64,000 nucleotides of DNA from Corallococcus coralloides (GTDB lineage: Bacteria > Myxococcota > Myxococcia > Myxococcales > Myxococcaceae). Below are positions 28,180 through 37,529 of this stretch, piece after piece. The notes below the pieces were generated by a model. That model made no database searches. It worked only from the letters and a program-made list of their open reading frames with translations, and had not been told where the DNA came from. The DNA lies in NCBI RefSeq assembly GCF_004104415.1, contig NZ_CP034669.1; one strand, given 5' to 3'. Made by a program: the position numbers and the translations under genes. How positions within the stretch are numbered: the stretch's first letter is position 1; every line of letters begins with the position of its first letter.

Positions 28180-31100
28180 ATGCGTCTCAGGGAAAAGCTG
28201 TTGACCAGCCTGCTGCTGGTGCCCATCGCGGGTACCAGTGCGTGGGCCAAGGAGCGGTCGAACTACGACGCGTTCCTGGAGCAGCGGGACTCCCGCTCTC
28301 TCGCCGTGGATGCGAACACGGCGGTGTCCCGCGGGCTTCGCATCGAGCAGACCGAGCACCGGCTCGGCGTGCCGACGTTCGCCTGGGCGACGCAGGACGG
28401 CGCGCAGTCCAAGTCCGTCATCCGCAACGGCATGACGGCGGAGGGCGCGGCGCGCGCGCACCTGCAGGCCGTGGCGGACAGCTACCGGCTGACGCGTGAC
28501 GACGTCTCGGGCGCCAACCTGCGCTCGATGCACAACACCGGCAAGGGCGCGATCATCGCGACCTTCAACCAGTCGGTGGGTGGCATCCCCGTCTTCCGCA
28601 ACGAGATCAAGGTCGTCATGGGCCAGGACCTGCGCCTGGTGGCCGTGAGCGGCTACCTGGCCCCGTCCGAGCTGGCGTTCACCGCGCGCAGCAAGGCGCG
28701 CGCCGGCTTCAACCTGGGCGCCGCGGACGCGGTGTCCGGCGCGTTCAAGGACCTGACGGGCTCCGGCACGCAGGCCACCTCGTTCGTCAACACGGGCACG
28801 AAGGGTGACTTCACCTTCTTCGAGCTGGCCCCCTCCTCGAAGTCCGCGCTGCCGCAGGACCTGGCCACCCCGGCCCGCGCCCGGCAGGTGTACTTCATGC
28901 TGGCCGGCAACCTGGAGCCGGCCTGGTACGTGGAAGTGAACGCCGGCCCCAAGGCCGCGCGCTCCAGCCATTACTTCGGCTACGTGGTCTCCGCGGCCAC
29001 CGGCAAGGTCCTCTTCCGCAACGACCTGTCCGCGGACGCGGGCACGGAGTTCACGTACAAGGTCTGGGCGGACCAGGCGGCTCCGTTCATCCCGGAGGAC
29101 GGTCCCCAGGGCAACGACGCGACCCCGCACCCCACGGGTCTGCGCGACGGCTACCAGGCCCCGCTGAACCGCCCGGCGCACGACATCACCCTGGCCAACA
29201 GCCCCTACAGCAAGAACGACCCCTGGCTGCCGGCCAACGCCACGCAGACCACGGGTAACAACGTGGACGCGTACGCGGACCTGAACGAGCCGGACGGCTT
29301 CCAGCCCGGCACGAACGACCTCCGCGCGGAGACGACGAGCGAGAACACCTTCTCGTACGTCTACGACACGTCCAAGAGGCCGGGTTTCAGCCCCGAGCAG
29401 ATCAAGGCCTCGGTGGTGAACCTGTTCTACGTGAACAACTTCCTGCACGACTGGTACTACGACGCCGGCTTCGACGAGGCCGCGGGCAACGCCCAGTCGT
29501 TCAACTTCGGCCGTGGCGGCGTGGAGGGCGACCCCATCCAGGCCCAGGCGCAGGACTACGGCGGCCGCAACAACGCGAACATGAGCACGCCGGCGGACGG
29601 TGCGTCCCCGCGCATGCAGATGTACGTGTTCGACGGCACGCCCGAGCTGTCCGTGACGTCGCCCTCGTCGCTGGCCGCTGTCTACGAGGCCGGCTCCGCG
29701 AGCTACGGCCTGCAGGCGTACGACGTGACGGGTGAGATCCAGATCCCGGAGACCAACAAGGACGGCTGCGCCGCGTTCGCCCCGGGCTACTTCACCGGGA
29801 AGATCGCGCTCATCGACCGCGGGACGTGCAACTTCGTCATCAAGTCGCTCAACGCGCAGAACGCGGGCGCCATCGCCACGGTCATCGCGAACAACTCCGC
29901 CGGCAGCACCATCAACATGGGCGGCAACGGCACGGATGACGCCAAGATCACCACGCCGTCCCTGATGATCACCCTGGACGCGGCCAACGCGTGGAAGGCC
30001 GCGACGGAGCCGGTGTCCGTGAAGTTCCTGCGCGAGCCCAACCAGGACCGCGACGGCACGCTCGACAACGGCATCGTCGCGCACGAGTGGGGTCACTACA
30101 TCAGCAACCGCCTCATCGGTAACGCCGCGGGCCTGAGCAACAACCAGGGCCGCGCGATGGGCGAGGGCTGGGCCGACTTCCACTCCATGCTGATGCAGGT
30201 GCGCGAAGCCGACCGCACCAAGCCGGGCAACGGCAACTGGCAGGGCGTCTACACCAACGCTGGCTACACCGCCAGCGGCGGCAAGAACCAGGGCTACTAC
30301 TACGGCATCCGTCGCCTGCCCTACTCGACGGACATGAGCAAGAACGGCTACACGTTCCGGCACATCGGCAACTTCACCCAGCTGCCCAACGAGCTGGCGG
30401 CGTCGTCCACCGCCAGCAACAGCCAGGTCCACAACAGCGGTGAGGTGTGGGCCACGGCGCTGTGGGAGTGCTACGCGAGCCTGCTGAACGCGCACCCGTT
30501 CCAGGAGGCGCAGGACCGCATGAAGCGGTACATCGTCGCCGCCTACAAGGCGACGCCGAACGCGCCGACCTACACGGAAGCGCGTGACGCGGTGCTGGCC
30601 GTCGCGCTCGCGAGCGATCCGGCGGACTACCAGCGCTTCGTGGCGGGCTTCGCCAAGCGCGGCATGGGCTTCGGCGCCAGGTCGCCGGACCGCGACGCGT
30701 TCGACCACATCGGCGTGACGGAGAGCTTCGCGCAGGGTGGCAACCTGGAGGTCACCAGCATCACGCTGGCGGACACCGCGGCCGGCTGCGACCAGGACGG
30801 CATCCTGGACATCGGCGAGCAGGGTGAGCTGAAGATCACCGTGCGCAACGTGGGCGGCAACGGGCTGAGCGCCTTCACCGGCACCGTCAGCAGCACCAGC
30901 ACCACGGCGACGCTGGAGTTCCCGAACGGCGCCGCGGTCAACGTCCCGGCCCTGTCGCGCGGCGCTTCCGCCACGGTCACCGTGCCCGTCAACGTCACCG
31001 CGGTCTCCGGCTCGCCCGCGCGCGCCGGCATCCGGGTCGCCTTCGATTCCAACGAGATCCCGGCGGCGGCGAAGACGGTGACGTTCGACCCGCGCGTCAA

Positions 31101-33885
31101 CTACGACAACGTCTCCACGACCAGCAACACGGAGACGTTCGAGTCCGGCCTGACCGGGTGGACGGTGTCGCAGAACCTGTCGTCCTCGGGCGACTGGACG
31201 CTGTCCGGCTCGCCGGCCAACCGCTACGCGAATGGCAGGGATCCGGGCACGATCGCGGAGACCACCATCACCAGCCCCTGGCTGTCGGTGGATGACGCGA
31301 CCGACTTCGTGATGAGCTACAACTACCGTCACTCCTTCGAGTTCGACTCCAACGCCTCCTACGACGGCGCGGTGCTCGAGTTCACGGTGGACGGCATCGA
31401 CTGGATCGACCCCTGGGATCTGTACCCGGTGGTGGACGCGGATCCGGGCTACGTGGACTACATCGCCGCGGGCGGCGGCAACCCGCTCGAGGACCGCGCC
31501 GCGATGGCGCAGGTGAGCGCGGGCTTCCCGGGGTTCACGGCCGCGAGCATCAACTTCGGGACCTTCTTCCCCGACCTGGAGCTCAAGAACGTCCGCTTCC
31601 GCTTCCGCATCGGCGGTGACGTGGCGGTCGGCGGGTACGGCCTGGACATCGACAACGTGAAGTTCGAGGGCGCCACGGCGGTGTTCGCGGGCCAGCCGGA
31701 TCAGCCGGCGTCCACGGGCGTGTGCAACGTGCCCCCGGTGGCCAACGCCGGTCCGTCGCGCGTGGGCACGGCGGCGGTCGCGGAGGGTACGCTCGTCAAC
31801 GGCGTCCTCAACCGCGCCACCATCACCCTGAACGGCACGGGCAGCTTCGACCCGGATGCCGCCGCGGGTGACGCGCTCACCTACAGCTGGGCGCAGGTCG
31901 GTGGCGCCACGCCGGTCACGCTGACGGGCGCGGACACCGCGACGCCGAGCTTCGTGGCGGACGTGGACTACTCCGACACCCTCTCCTTCCAGCTCGTCGT
32001 CACCGACGCGGCTGGCAAGGCGAGCGCCCCCAAGACGGTGGACATCCAGGTCCTCAACGTGAACCAGCCCCCGGTGGCCGCGGCCACCGCGCCGGCGACG
32101 GTGGACGAGCGTGACCCCACGCCCGTGACCCTGGACGCCTCCGGCTCCACGGACGCGGACGTGGTTCACGCGAACGCGCTGACGTACGCCTGGGTCCAGA
32201 CGAGCCCCGCGACGCCCAGGCCGACGCTGACCAACGCCACCAGCGCGAGGGCCACGTTCCTGGCTCCGGAAGTGACGGCGGACACGCAGCTGAACTTCAC
32301 GGTCACCGTGACGGACAACAGCGGCGCGAAGTCCACCAAGGCCGTCGCCGTGACGGTGAAGAACGTGGACCGCGCTCCTACGGCCAACGCCGGCGCGGAC
32401 TTCGCGGTCGACACCCGCACGCAGGCGGCCCTCAGCGGCAGCGGCACGGACGAGGATGGCGACGCCGTGACGCTGAGCTGGGAGCAGACCTCCGGCCCGG
32501 CGGTGGTGCTGACGGGCGCGAACACGGCCACGCCGACGTTCGTGTCCCCGGACGTGCCCTTCAACACCGACCTCGTCTTCACGCTGACCGCCACGGCCAA
32601 CGGCCAGTCCGCCACCGACACCGTCACCGTGACGGTGAAGGGCGTGGACCGCGCGCCTACGGCCAACGCCGGCGCGGACATCGCGGCGGATGAGCGCACC
32701 GCGGTGACGCTGACGGGCACGGGCTCGGACGAGGATGGCGACACCCTCGGCTACCAGTGGGAGCAGATCGGTGGCACCGAGGTGCAGCTGACGGGTGCCA
32801 CGACGGCCACGCTGGCCTTCACGGCGCCGGAAGTCACGGCCACCACCACGCTCGTCTTCAAGTTCACGGTGACGGCGAACGGCAAGTCCGCCACGGACAC
32901 GGTCAACGTCACGGTGAACAACGTGGACCGCGCTCCTACGGCCAACGCCGGCGCGGACTTCGAGGCGAGCGCGCGCGCCACGGCGACGCTCCAGGGCTTC
33001 GGCTCGGATCCTGACGGCGACGCGGTGTCGTACGAGTGGGAGCAGACGGGTGGCGAGGCGGTGACGCTGACCGGCGCCAACTCGGCCTCCGCGACCTTCA
33101 CGGCGCCGGACGTGTCGGCCCCCACCGAGCTGACCTTCAAGCTCACGGTGACGGCGAACGGCCAGTCGGCGTCCGACCTGGTCAACGTGACGGTGCGCAA
33201 GTCCAACCGTCACCCGGTGGGCCAGGCTCCGGCCACCATCGACGCGGACGAGGGCAGCAACGTGGAGCTGGACGCTTCCGGCATCACGGATCCGGACGGT
33301 GACGCGCTCACCTACGTCTGGGCCCAGGTCGGTGGCACGACGGTCACGCTCGAAGGCACGGGCACCTCGAAGGTGAAGTTCACCGCGCCGCAGGTCCAGG
33401 CTGACACGGCCGTGGCCTTCAGCCTGACGGTGACGGACTCCGACGGCGCCACCGTTGGCCCGTTCGTCTACACGGTCAACGTGAAGCAGGTGAACCAGGC
33501 GCCGGTCGCCAAGGTCCGGGTCATCTCGGGCGTGCGCGGCGGTGAGCTGGTGAAGATCGACGCCGCGACGTCCACGGATCCGGACAACGAGGCGCTGACC
33601 TACACCTGGGCGCAGACGGGCGGCCCCTCCGTGACGCTGACCGGCGCCAACTCCGCCGAGGCCAGCTTCACCCCGCCGGCCAAGAAGACGCTGGAGACCT
33701 ACACCTTCACCGTGACGGTGAAGGACGCGGCCGGTGCCACCAGCACCGCCGAGATCAAGGTCTCCGTGCCGAAGTCCGACGACGACGGCGGCGGCTGCTC
33801 CTCCACGGGCGGCTCCGCTGGCGGCATGGCGCCGCTGATGGCGCTGTTCGCGGCGATGGCGCTCGCGCGCCGTCGCAAGGCGTAA
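28180..33885 (+). CDS. secreted M36 (fungalysin)-family zinc metalloprotease with PA domain, about 9 PKD/Ig-like tandem repeats and MYXO-CTERM tail
   Basis: RBS AAGAAGGAAGG; signal peptide; HEWGHYISNRL HExxH zinc site plus downstream GEGWADF; PA-domain GKIALIDRGTCNFVIKSLNAQNAGAIA; repeats ANAGADxxxxxxxxxxLxGSGSDxDGDxxxYxWxQ; C-terminus GGGCSSTGGSAGGMAPLMALFAAMALARRRKA. Confidence 0.9.
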   Translation: MRLREKLLTSLLLVPIAGTSAWAKERSNYDAFLEQRDSRSLAVDANTAVSRGLRIEQTEHRLGVPTFAWATQDGAQSKSVIRNGMTAEGAARAHLQAVADSYRLTRDDVSGANLRSMHNTGKGAIIATFNQSVGGIPVFRNEIKVVMGQDLRLVAVSGYLAPSELAFTARSKARAGFNLGAADAVSGAFKDLTGSGTQATSFVNTGTKGDFTFFELAPSSKSALPQDLATPARARQVYFMLAGNLEPAWYVEVNAGPKAARSSHYFGYVVSAATGKVLFRNDLSADAGTEFTYKVWADQAAPFIPEDGPQGNDATPHPTGLRDGYQAPLNRPAHDITLANSPYSKNDPWLPANATQTTGNNVDAYADLNEPDGFQPGTNDLRAETTSENTFSYVYDTSKRPGFSPEQIKASVVNLFYVNNFLHDWYYDAGFDEAAGNAQSFNFGRGGVEGDPIQAQAQDYGGRNNANMSTPADGASPRMQMYVFDGTPELSVTSPSSLAAVYEAGSASYGLQAYDVTGEIQIPETNKDGCAAFAPGYFTGKIALIDRGTCNFVIKSLNAQNAGAIATVIANNSAGSTINMGGNGTDDAKITTPSLMITLDAANAWKAATEPVSVKFLREPNQDRDGTLDNGIVAHEWGHYISNRLIGNAAGLSNNQGRAMGEGWADFHSMLMQVREADRTKPGNGNWQGVYTNAGYTASGGKNQGYYYGIRRLPYSTDMSKNGYTFRHIGNFTQLPNELAASSTASNSQVHNSGEVWATALWECYASLLNAHPFQEAQDRMKRYIVAAYKATPNAPTYTEARDAVLAVALASDPADYQRFVAGFAKRGMGFGARSPDRDAFDHIGVTESFAQGGNLEVTSITLADTAAGCDQDGILDIGEQGELKITVRNVGGNGLSAFTGTVSSTSTTATLEFPNGAAVNVPALSRGASATVTVPVNVTAVSGSPARAGIRVAFDSNEIPAAAKTVTFDPRVNYDNVSTTSNTETFESGLTGWTVSQNLSSSGDWTLSGSPANRYANGRDPGTIAETTITSPWLSVDDATDFVMSYNYRHSFEFDSNASYDGAVLEFTVDGIDWIDPWDLYPVVDADPGYVDYIAAGGGNPLEDRAAMAQVSAGFPGFTAASINFGTFFPDLELKNVRFRFRIGGDVAVGGYGLDIDNVKFEGATAVFAGQPDQPASTGVCNVPPVANAGPSRVGTAAVAEGTLVNGVLNRATITLNGTGSFDPDAAAGDALTYSWAQVGGATPVTLTGADTATPSFVADVDYSDTLSFQLVVTDAAGKASAPKTVDIQVLNVNQPPVAAATAPATVDERDPTPVTLDASGSTDADVVHANALTYAWVQTSPATPRPTLTNATSARATFLAPEVTADTQLNFTVTVTDNSGAKSTKAVAVTVKNVDRAPTANAGADFAVDTRTQAALSGSGTDEDGDAVTLSWEQTSGPAVVLTGANTATPTFVSPDVPFNTDLVFTLTATANGQSATDTVTVTVKGVDRAPTANAGADIAADERTAVTLTGTGSDEDGDTLGYQWEQIGGTEVQLTGATTATLAFTAPEVTATTTLVFKFTVTANGKSATDTVNVTVNNVDRAPTANAGADFEASARATATLQGFGSDPDGDAVSYEWEQTGGEAVTLTGANSASATFTAPDVSAPTELTFKLTVTANGQSASDLVNVTVRKSNRHPVGQAPATIDADEGSNVELDASGITDPDGDALTYVWAQVGGTTVTLEGTGTSKVKFTAPQVQADTAVAFSLTVTDSDGATVGPFVYTVNVKQVNQAPVAKVRVISGVRGGELVKIDAATSTDPDNEALTYTWAQTGGPSVTLTGANSAEASFTPPAKKTLETYTFTVTVKDAAGATSTAEIKVSVPKSDDDGGGCSSTGGSAGGMAPLMALFAAMALARRRKA
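31720..33780 (+). repeat. tandem about 270-nt PKD-like coding repeats with near-identical nucleotide blocks
   Basis: gtggaccgcgc(t/g)cctacggccaacgccggcgcggac recurs at about 32375, 32647, 32923; similar blocks throughout. Confidence 0.8.
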
Positions 33886-33984
33886 GCCGGCGCTTCGTCC
33901 TGAAGCCCTGAAGTGACGAGGGGCGGTCCTCACGAAAGTGGGGGCCGCCCCTTCTTCATTTGATGCGGTAGGCTTCCGCGCCTC

Positions 33985-34380
33985 ATGGCACGCACGTTCC
34001 AGGTGGGAGACACCTTCACGCACGTCCGCCAGTGCGACCGGCTGCGGCCGGTGTATTACGCGGGCGCTTCCGGGGACTACAACCCCATCCACATCGACCC
34101 GGAGGTGGGCCGGCAGGCCGGCTTCAACGGCGTCATCCTCCAGGGGCTCTGCACGCTGGGCTGGGCGGTGGAGGCGGTGGCCGTCTTCGTGGGAGACCCG
34201 GGCCGGGTGCGCCGGGTGAGGGTGCGCTTCTCCCGGCCGGTGCTGCCGGAGGACACCGTCACCTTCCAGGGCCGCGTCACCGCCATCGCGGACGGCCGGC
34301 TCACCACGGAAGTCACCGCCACCAACCAGCGCGGCGAGCCCGTCCTCCGGGGCGCCGTCGTGGAAACCTCGCTCGGATAG
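33985..34380 (+). CDS. MaoC-like (R)-specific enoyl-CoA hydratase, hotdog fold
   Basis: YAGASGDYNPIHID catalytic motif. Confidence 0.85.
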   Translation: MARTFQVGDTFTHVRQCDRLRPVYYAGASGDYNPIHIDPEVGRQAGFNGVILQGLCTLGWAVEAVAVFVGDPGRVRRVRVRFSRPVLPEDTVTFQGRVTAIADGRLTTEVTATNQRGEPVLRGAVVETSLG

Positions 34381-34382
34381 CC

Positions 34383-34865
34383 ATGGCCCTGGACCCCAAG
34401 TTCGTCGGCCGTGCGTACGGCCCCTTCACCTATGAGATTGGCCGGGAGAAGCTGCGCGAGTTCTCCCTCATCCTCGGCGGCTCCGTGCCCTCCGCGGGCA
34501 CCTTCGGCGAGCCCCCGGCGCACGTCAGCCCCCTGCTCTACTCGCAGGAGGCGGCCCAGGCGGGCCCCTACGGCGACGTCATCGCCTTCCCCAGCTTCGC
34601 GGTGGTGTTCGCCATCCGCCCCTTCAGCGCCGCCATCGCGGATCCCGAGCTGGGCGTGGACCGCGTGCGGCTGGTGCACGGGGAGCAGGAGCTGGAGTTC
34701 CTGGGCGTGATGCGCCCCGGGGACGTGCTCACCACCACGGGCTCCATCACGGAGCTGTACCGCAAGGCTGGGATGGACTTCCTCGTCGTCACCACGGAGA
34801 CGCGCAACGCGAAGGGCGAGCCCGTGGTGCGCGGCGTGTGGACGGCCGTCATCCGCCCCGCGTGA
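34383..34865 (+). CDS. MaoC-N/FAS1-like dehydratase partner subunit (hotdog fold, non-catalytic-type)
   Basis: ATG 3 nt after upstream stop; hotdog-like 160-aa protein lacking the DxNPIH motif; arrangement resembles split HadA/HadB-type hydratase pairs. Confidence 0.7.
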   Translation: MALDPKFVGRAYGPFTYEIGREKLREFSLILGGSVPSAGTFGEPPAHVSPLLYSQEAAQAGPYGDVIAFPSFAVVFAIRPFSAAIADPELGVDRVRLVHGEQELEFLGVMRPGDVLTTTGSITELYRKAGMDFLVVTTETRNAKGEPVVRGVWTAVIRPA

Positions 34866-34883
34866 CGGCCAGGCCGCGCGCGC

Positions 34884-35660
34884 CTACTCGCCGGGGGCGA
34901 TGATGCCCTCGTCGAGCAGCTGCGCGAGGATGCGCGCCGTGTCCAGGCGCGACATGCCGGACAGCGCGAAGAGGTCGTCGAAGCTCACCGCGCCGTCAAT
35001 CTGCGCCAGCACGAAGCCCGCGCGGTGGTCCAGGTTGAGCCAGATGATGTCATCCGGCTGCAGCCGCACGCGCGGCACGCGGTGCAAGTCTCCCAGCCGC
35101 GCCTCCAGCATGGACACCAGGATGCGCTCGCTGCGATCTCTCAGCGCCTCCACGCGCGGGTTCTCCGGCGCCAGGGACTGGGCCCGGCGCAACAGCTCCA
35201 CCGCGCCGGAGTGGTCATCCAGCGCCAGCAGGTCCTCCGCGCCGCGCAGCAGGCTCTCCACCTCCGAGCCCTCCGGCAGCCCGCCCGCCGGCGCGAAGGT
35301 GTCCGGCAGCCCGAACTCCTGGGTGCGGTGCGCCTCCGCGATGAGGTCCAACGCGTCGCCGCGCACGCCCGTGCCCTCGGGCAGGCTCACGGACTCACGC
35401 AAGGAGACCTCCACCGGGCCGGGCTCCGTGGGGCCGGCCCAGGCGCCCCAGTCCACGTCCTGCTCCGGGCCCGCCAGGTTCCAGCCGGTGTCCCCGGCGT
35501 GCTCCGCCGGGCCGTCCCGCCCCAGCAGCCGGCGCGCGCGCGCGTTGGCCGGGTCCAGCTCCAGGGCCCGGGCGAACAGCTTCTCCGCGCCGGCCATGTC
35601 GCCACTCAGCCGCAGCAGCAACCCGGCTTCGACCAGCGCCTTGGCCCGGATCGCGTTCAT
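34884..35660 (-). CDS. TPR-like/helical hypothetical protein, last gene of the J-protein-Hsp70 operon
   Basis: 258 aa; N-terminal TPR-like helices (AKALVEAGLLLRLSGDMAGAEKLFARALELDP); 3-nt gap to the Hsp70 gene stop. Confidence 0.6.
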   Translation of the reverse strand: MNAIRAKALVEAGLLLRLSGDMAGAEKLFARALELDPANARARRLLGRDGPAEHAGDTGWNLAGPEQDVDWGAWAGPTEPGPVEVSLRESVSLPEGTGVRGDALDLIAEAHRTQEFGLPDTFAPAGGLPEGSEVESLLRGAEDLLALDDHSGAVELLRRAQSLAPENPRVEALRDRSERILVSMLEARLGDLHRVPRVRLQPDDIIWLNLDHRAGFVLAQIDGAVSFDDLFALSGMSRLDTARILAQLLDEGIIAPGE

Positions 35661-35663
35661 GGG

Positions 35664-37511
35664 CTACCTCCCCGGCGCGCCGCGCGGGCCCGCCGAGCGC
35701 AGCAGCGGCAGGCTCTGGGCCAGGGCGTCGCAGGCCCGGGTGAGCGTGCCCACGTCTTCCGCGCCGCGCGCCTGACGCGCGGAATCCAGGGCGGCCTCCG
35801 CGCGGGCGACGACGTCCGGCGACAGGCCTCCGGCCCCGGGCATGAGCCGCACGCGGGAGAGCGCGTCCACCAGGTCGCGGGCCAGGATGTCCAGCTCCAC
35901 GCGCTTGGCCTTCAGCTCCTCCGTGTTGCGCGCCGCCACCAGCCAGTCGCGCTGCTCGTCCATGATGCGGCGCAGCTCGTCCTCCGTCAGGCCGCTGGAC
36001 GCGGTGACGGTGATGGACTGGCGCAGGCCCGTGTCGCGGTCGCGCGCGGACACGGACACGATGCCCTCCGCGTTGATGTCGAACGTCACTTCAATCTCCA
36101 CCTGCCCGCGCGGCGCCTCGCGCAGGCCGGTGAGGAGGAACTCGCCCAGGAGCTCGTTGTGGTGCGCGAGCTCGTGCTCGCCCTGGAGCACCATGATCTT
36201 CACCGTGCGCTGGAAGTCCTTGGAGGTGGCGAACACCTCCGTGGCGGACGTGGGCACGGTGGTGTTGCGCGGAATCAGCCGCCGCACGTAGCCGCCCGCG
36301 ATGGCCACGCCCATGCTCTGCGGCGTGACGTCCAGGAGCAGCAACTCGCTCTGCTGCCCCACCAGCGCGTGCGCCTGGATGGCGGCGCCCAGGGCGACCA
36401 CCTCCTCCGCGTGCACGCCCTTGCAGGGCTCGCGGCGGAAGTACTGGCGCACCTGCTCCACGATGCGGGGCATGCGCGACATGCCCCCCACCAGGATGAC
36501 CTCCTTCAGGTCCGAGGGGCGCACCTTCGCCTCGCCCAGCACTTCGGACGTGATGCCCACCAGGCGCTCGCCCAGGTCCGCCGTGAGCTCCTCCAGCTTC
36601 TCGCGGGTGAGCGTGGACTGCAGGTGCAGCGCGGCGCCTCCGCCCGGCGGCGTGCAGATGAAGGGCAGGTGCACCTGCGTCTCCTTCACCGACGACAGCT
36701 CCACCTTCGCCTTCTCCGCGGCGTCCTTCAGCCGCTGCAGCGCCATGCGGTCCTTGCGCAGGTCGATGCCGTGCTCCTTGGCGAAGCCGAACACCATCCA
36801 CTCGATGATGCGGTGATCCCAGTCCTCGCCGCCGAGGAAGGTGTCACCGCCGGTGGCCACCACGTCGAAGATGCCGTTGTTGATTTCGAGCACCGACACG
36901 TCGAAGGTGCCGCCGCCCACGTCCAGCACGGCGACCTTGCCGTTCACCGTGCGGCCGAAGCCGTAGGCCAGCGCCGCCGCGGTGGGCTCGTTGATGATGC
37001 GCAGGACGTCCAGCCCCGCGATGCGGCCCGCGTCCTTGGTGGCCTGGCGCTGCCCGTCGTTGAAGTAGGCCGGCACGGTGATGACGGCCTGGGTGACGGG
37101 CCGTCCGAAGTGCGCCTCCGCGTCCGCCTTCAGCTCCGCCAGAATCATGGCGCTGACCTCCGGCACGGCGAGGTCGCGGCCGGACAGCCGGATGCGCACG
37201 TCGTCGTGCGCGCCGCACACCACCTGGTACGTGAGCGCGCGCAGCGCGTCCTGCACCGGGTGCGAGGAGAACTTGCGGCCGATGAGGCGCTTGGCCGCGG
37301 ACACCGTCTCCTGCGGGTTGGTGATGGCCTGGCGCTTGGCGATGCTGCCCACCAGCCGCTTGCCGTTCTTCGACACCGCCACCACCGACGGCGTGAGGGG
37401 CTGGCCGGTGCGGTTCTTGATGATGACGGGCTGGCCGTCCTGCACCGTGGCGACGAGGCTGTTCGTCGTCCCCAGGTCGATGCCAATCAGCGGTTCGGGC
37501 TCAGCAGCCAT
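35664..37511 (-). CDS. Hsp70-family chaperone (DnaK paralog, non-canonical C-terminus)
   Basis: [31 protein letters not shown] Hsp70 ATPase motifs; substrate-binding/lid region divergent and short. Confidence 0.9.
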   Translation of the reverse strand: MAAEPEPLIGIDLGTTNSLVATVQDGQPVIIKNRTGQPLTPSVVAVSKNGKRLVGSIAKRQAITNPQETVSAAKRLIGRKFSSHPVQDALRALTYQVVCGAHDDVRIRLSGRDLAVPEVSAMILAELKADAEAHFGRPVTQAVITVPAYFNDGQRQATKDAGRIAGLDVLRIINEPTAAALAYGFGRTVNGKVAVLDVGGGTFDVSVLEINNGIFDVVATGGDTFLGGEDWDHRIIEWMVFGFAKEHGIDLRKDRMALQRLKDAAEKAKVELSSVKETQVHLPFICTPPGGGAALHLQSTLTREKLEELTADLGERLVGITSEVLGEAKVRPSDLKEVILVGGMSRMPRIVEQVRQYFRREPCKGVHAEEVVALGAAIQAHALVGQQSELLLLDVTPQSMGVAIAGGYVRRLIPRNTTVPTSATEVFATSKDFQRTVKIMVLQGEHELAHHNELLGEFLLTGLREAPRGQVEIEVTFDINAEGIVSVSARDRDTGLRQSITVTASSGLTEDELRRIMDEQRDWLVAARNTEELKAKRVELDILARDLVDALSRVRLMPGAGGLSPDVVARAEAALDSARQARGAEDVGTLTRACDALAQSLPLLRSAGPRGAPGR

Positions 37512-37529
37512 GGGGACGCCTGCACCTCA

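Noticed and set aside
27751-34092. 2113-aa ORF on the minus strand
   Set aside because: Antisense to the well-supported M36 protease gene. The translation is Arg/Gly/Ala/Val low-complexity, typical of the GC-rich reverse frame, with no motifs.
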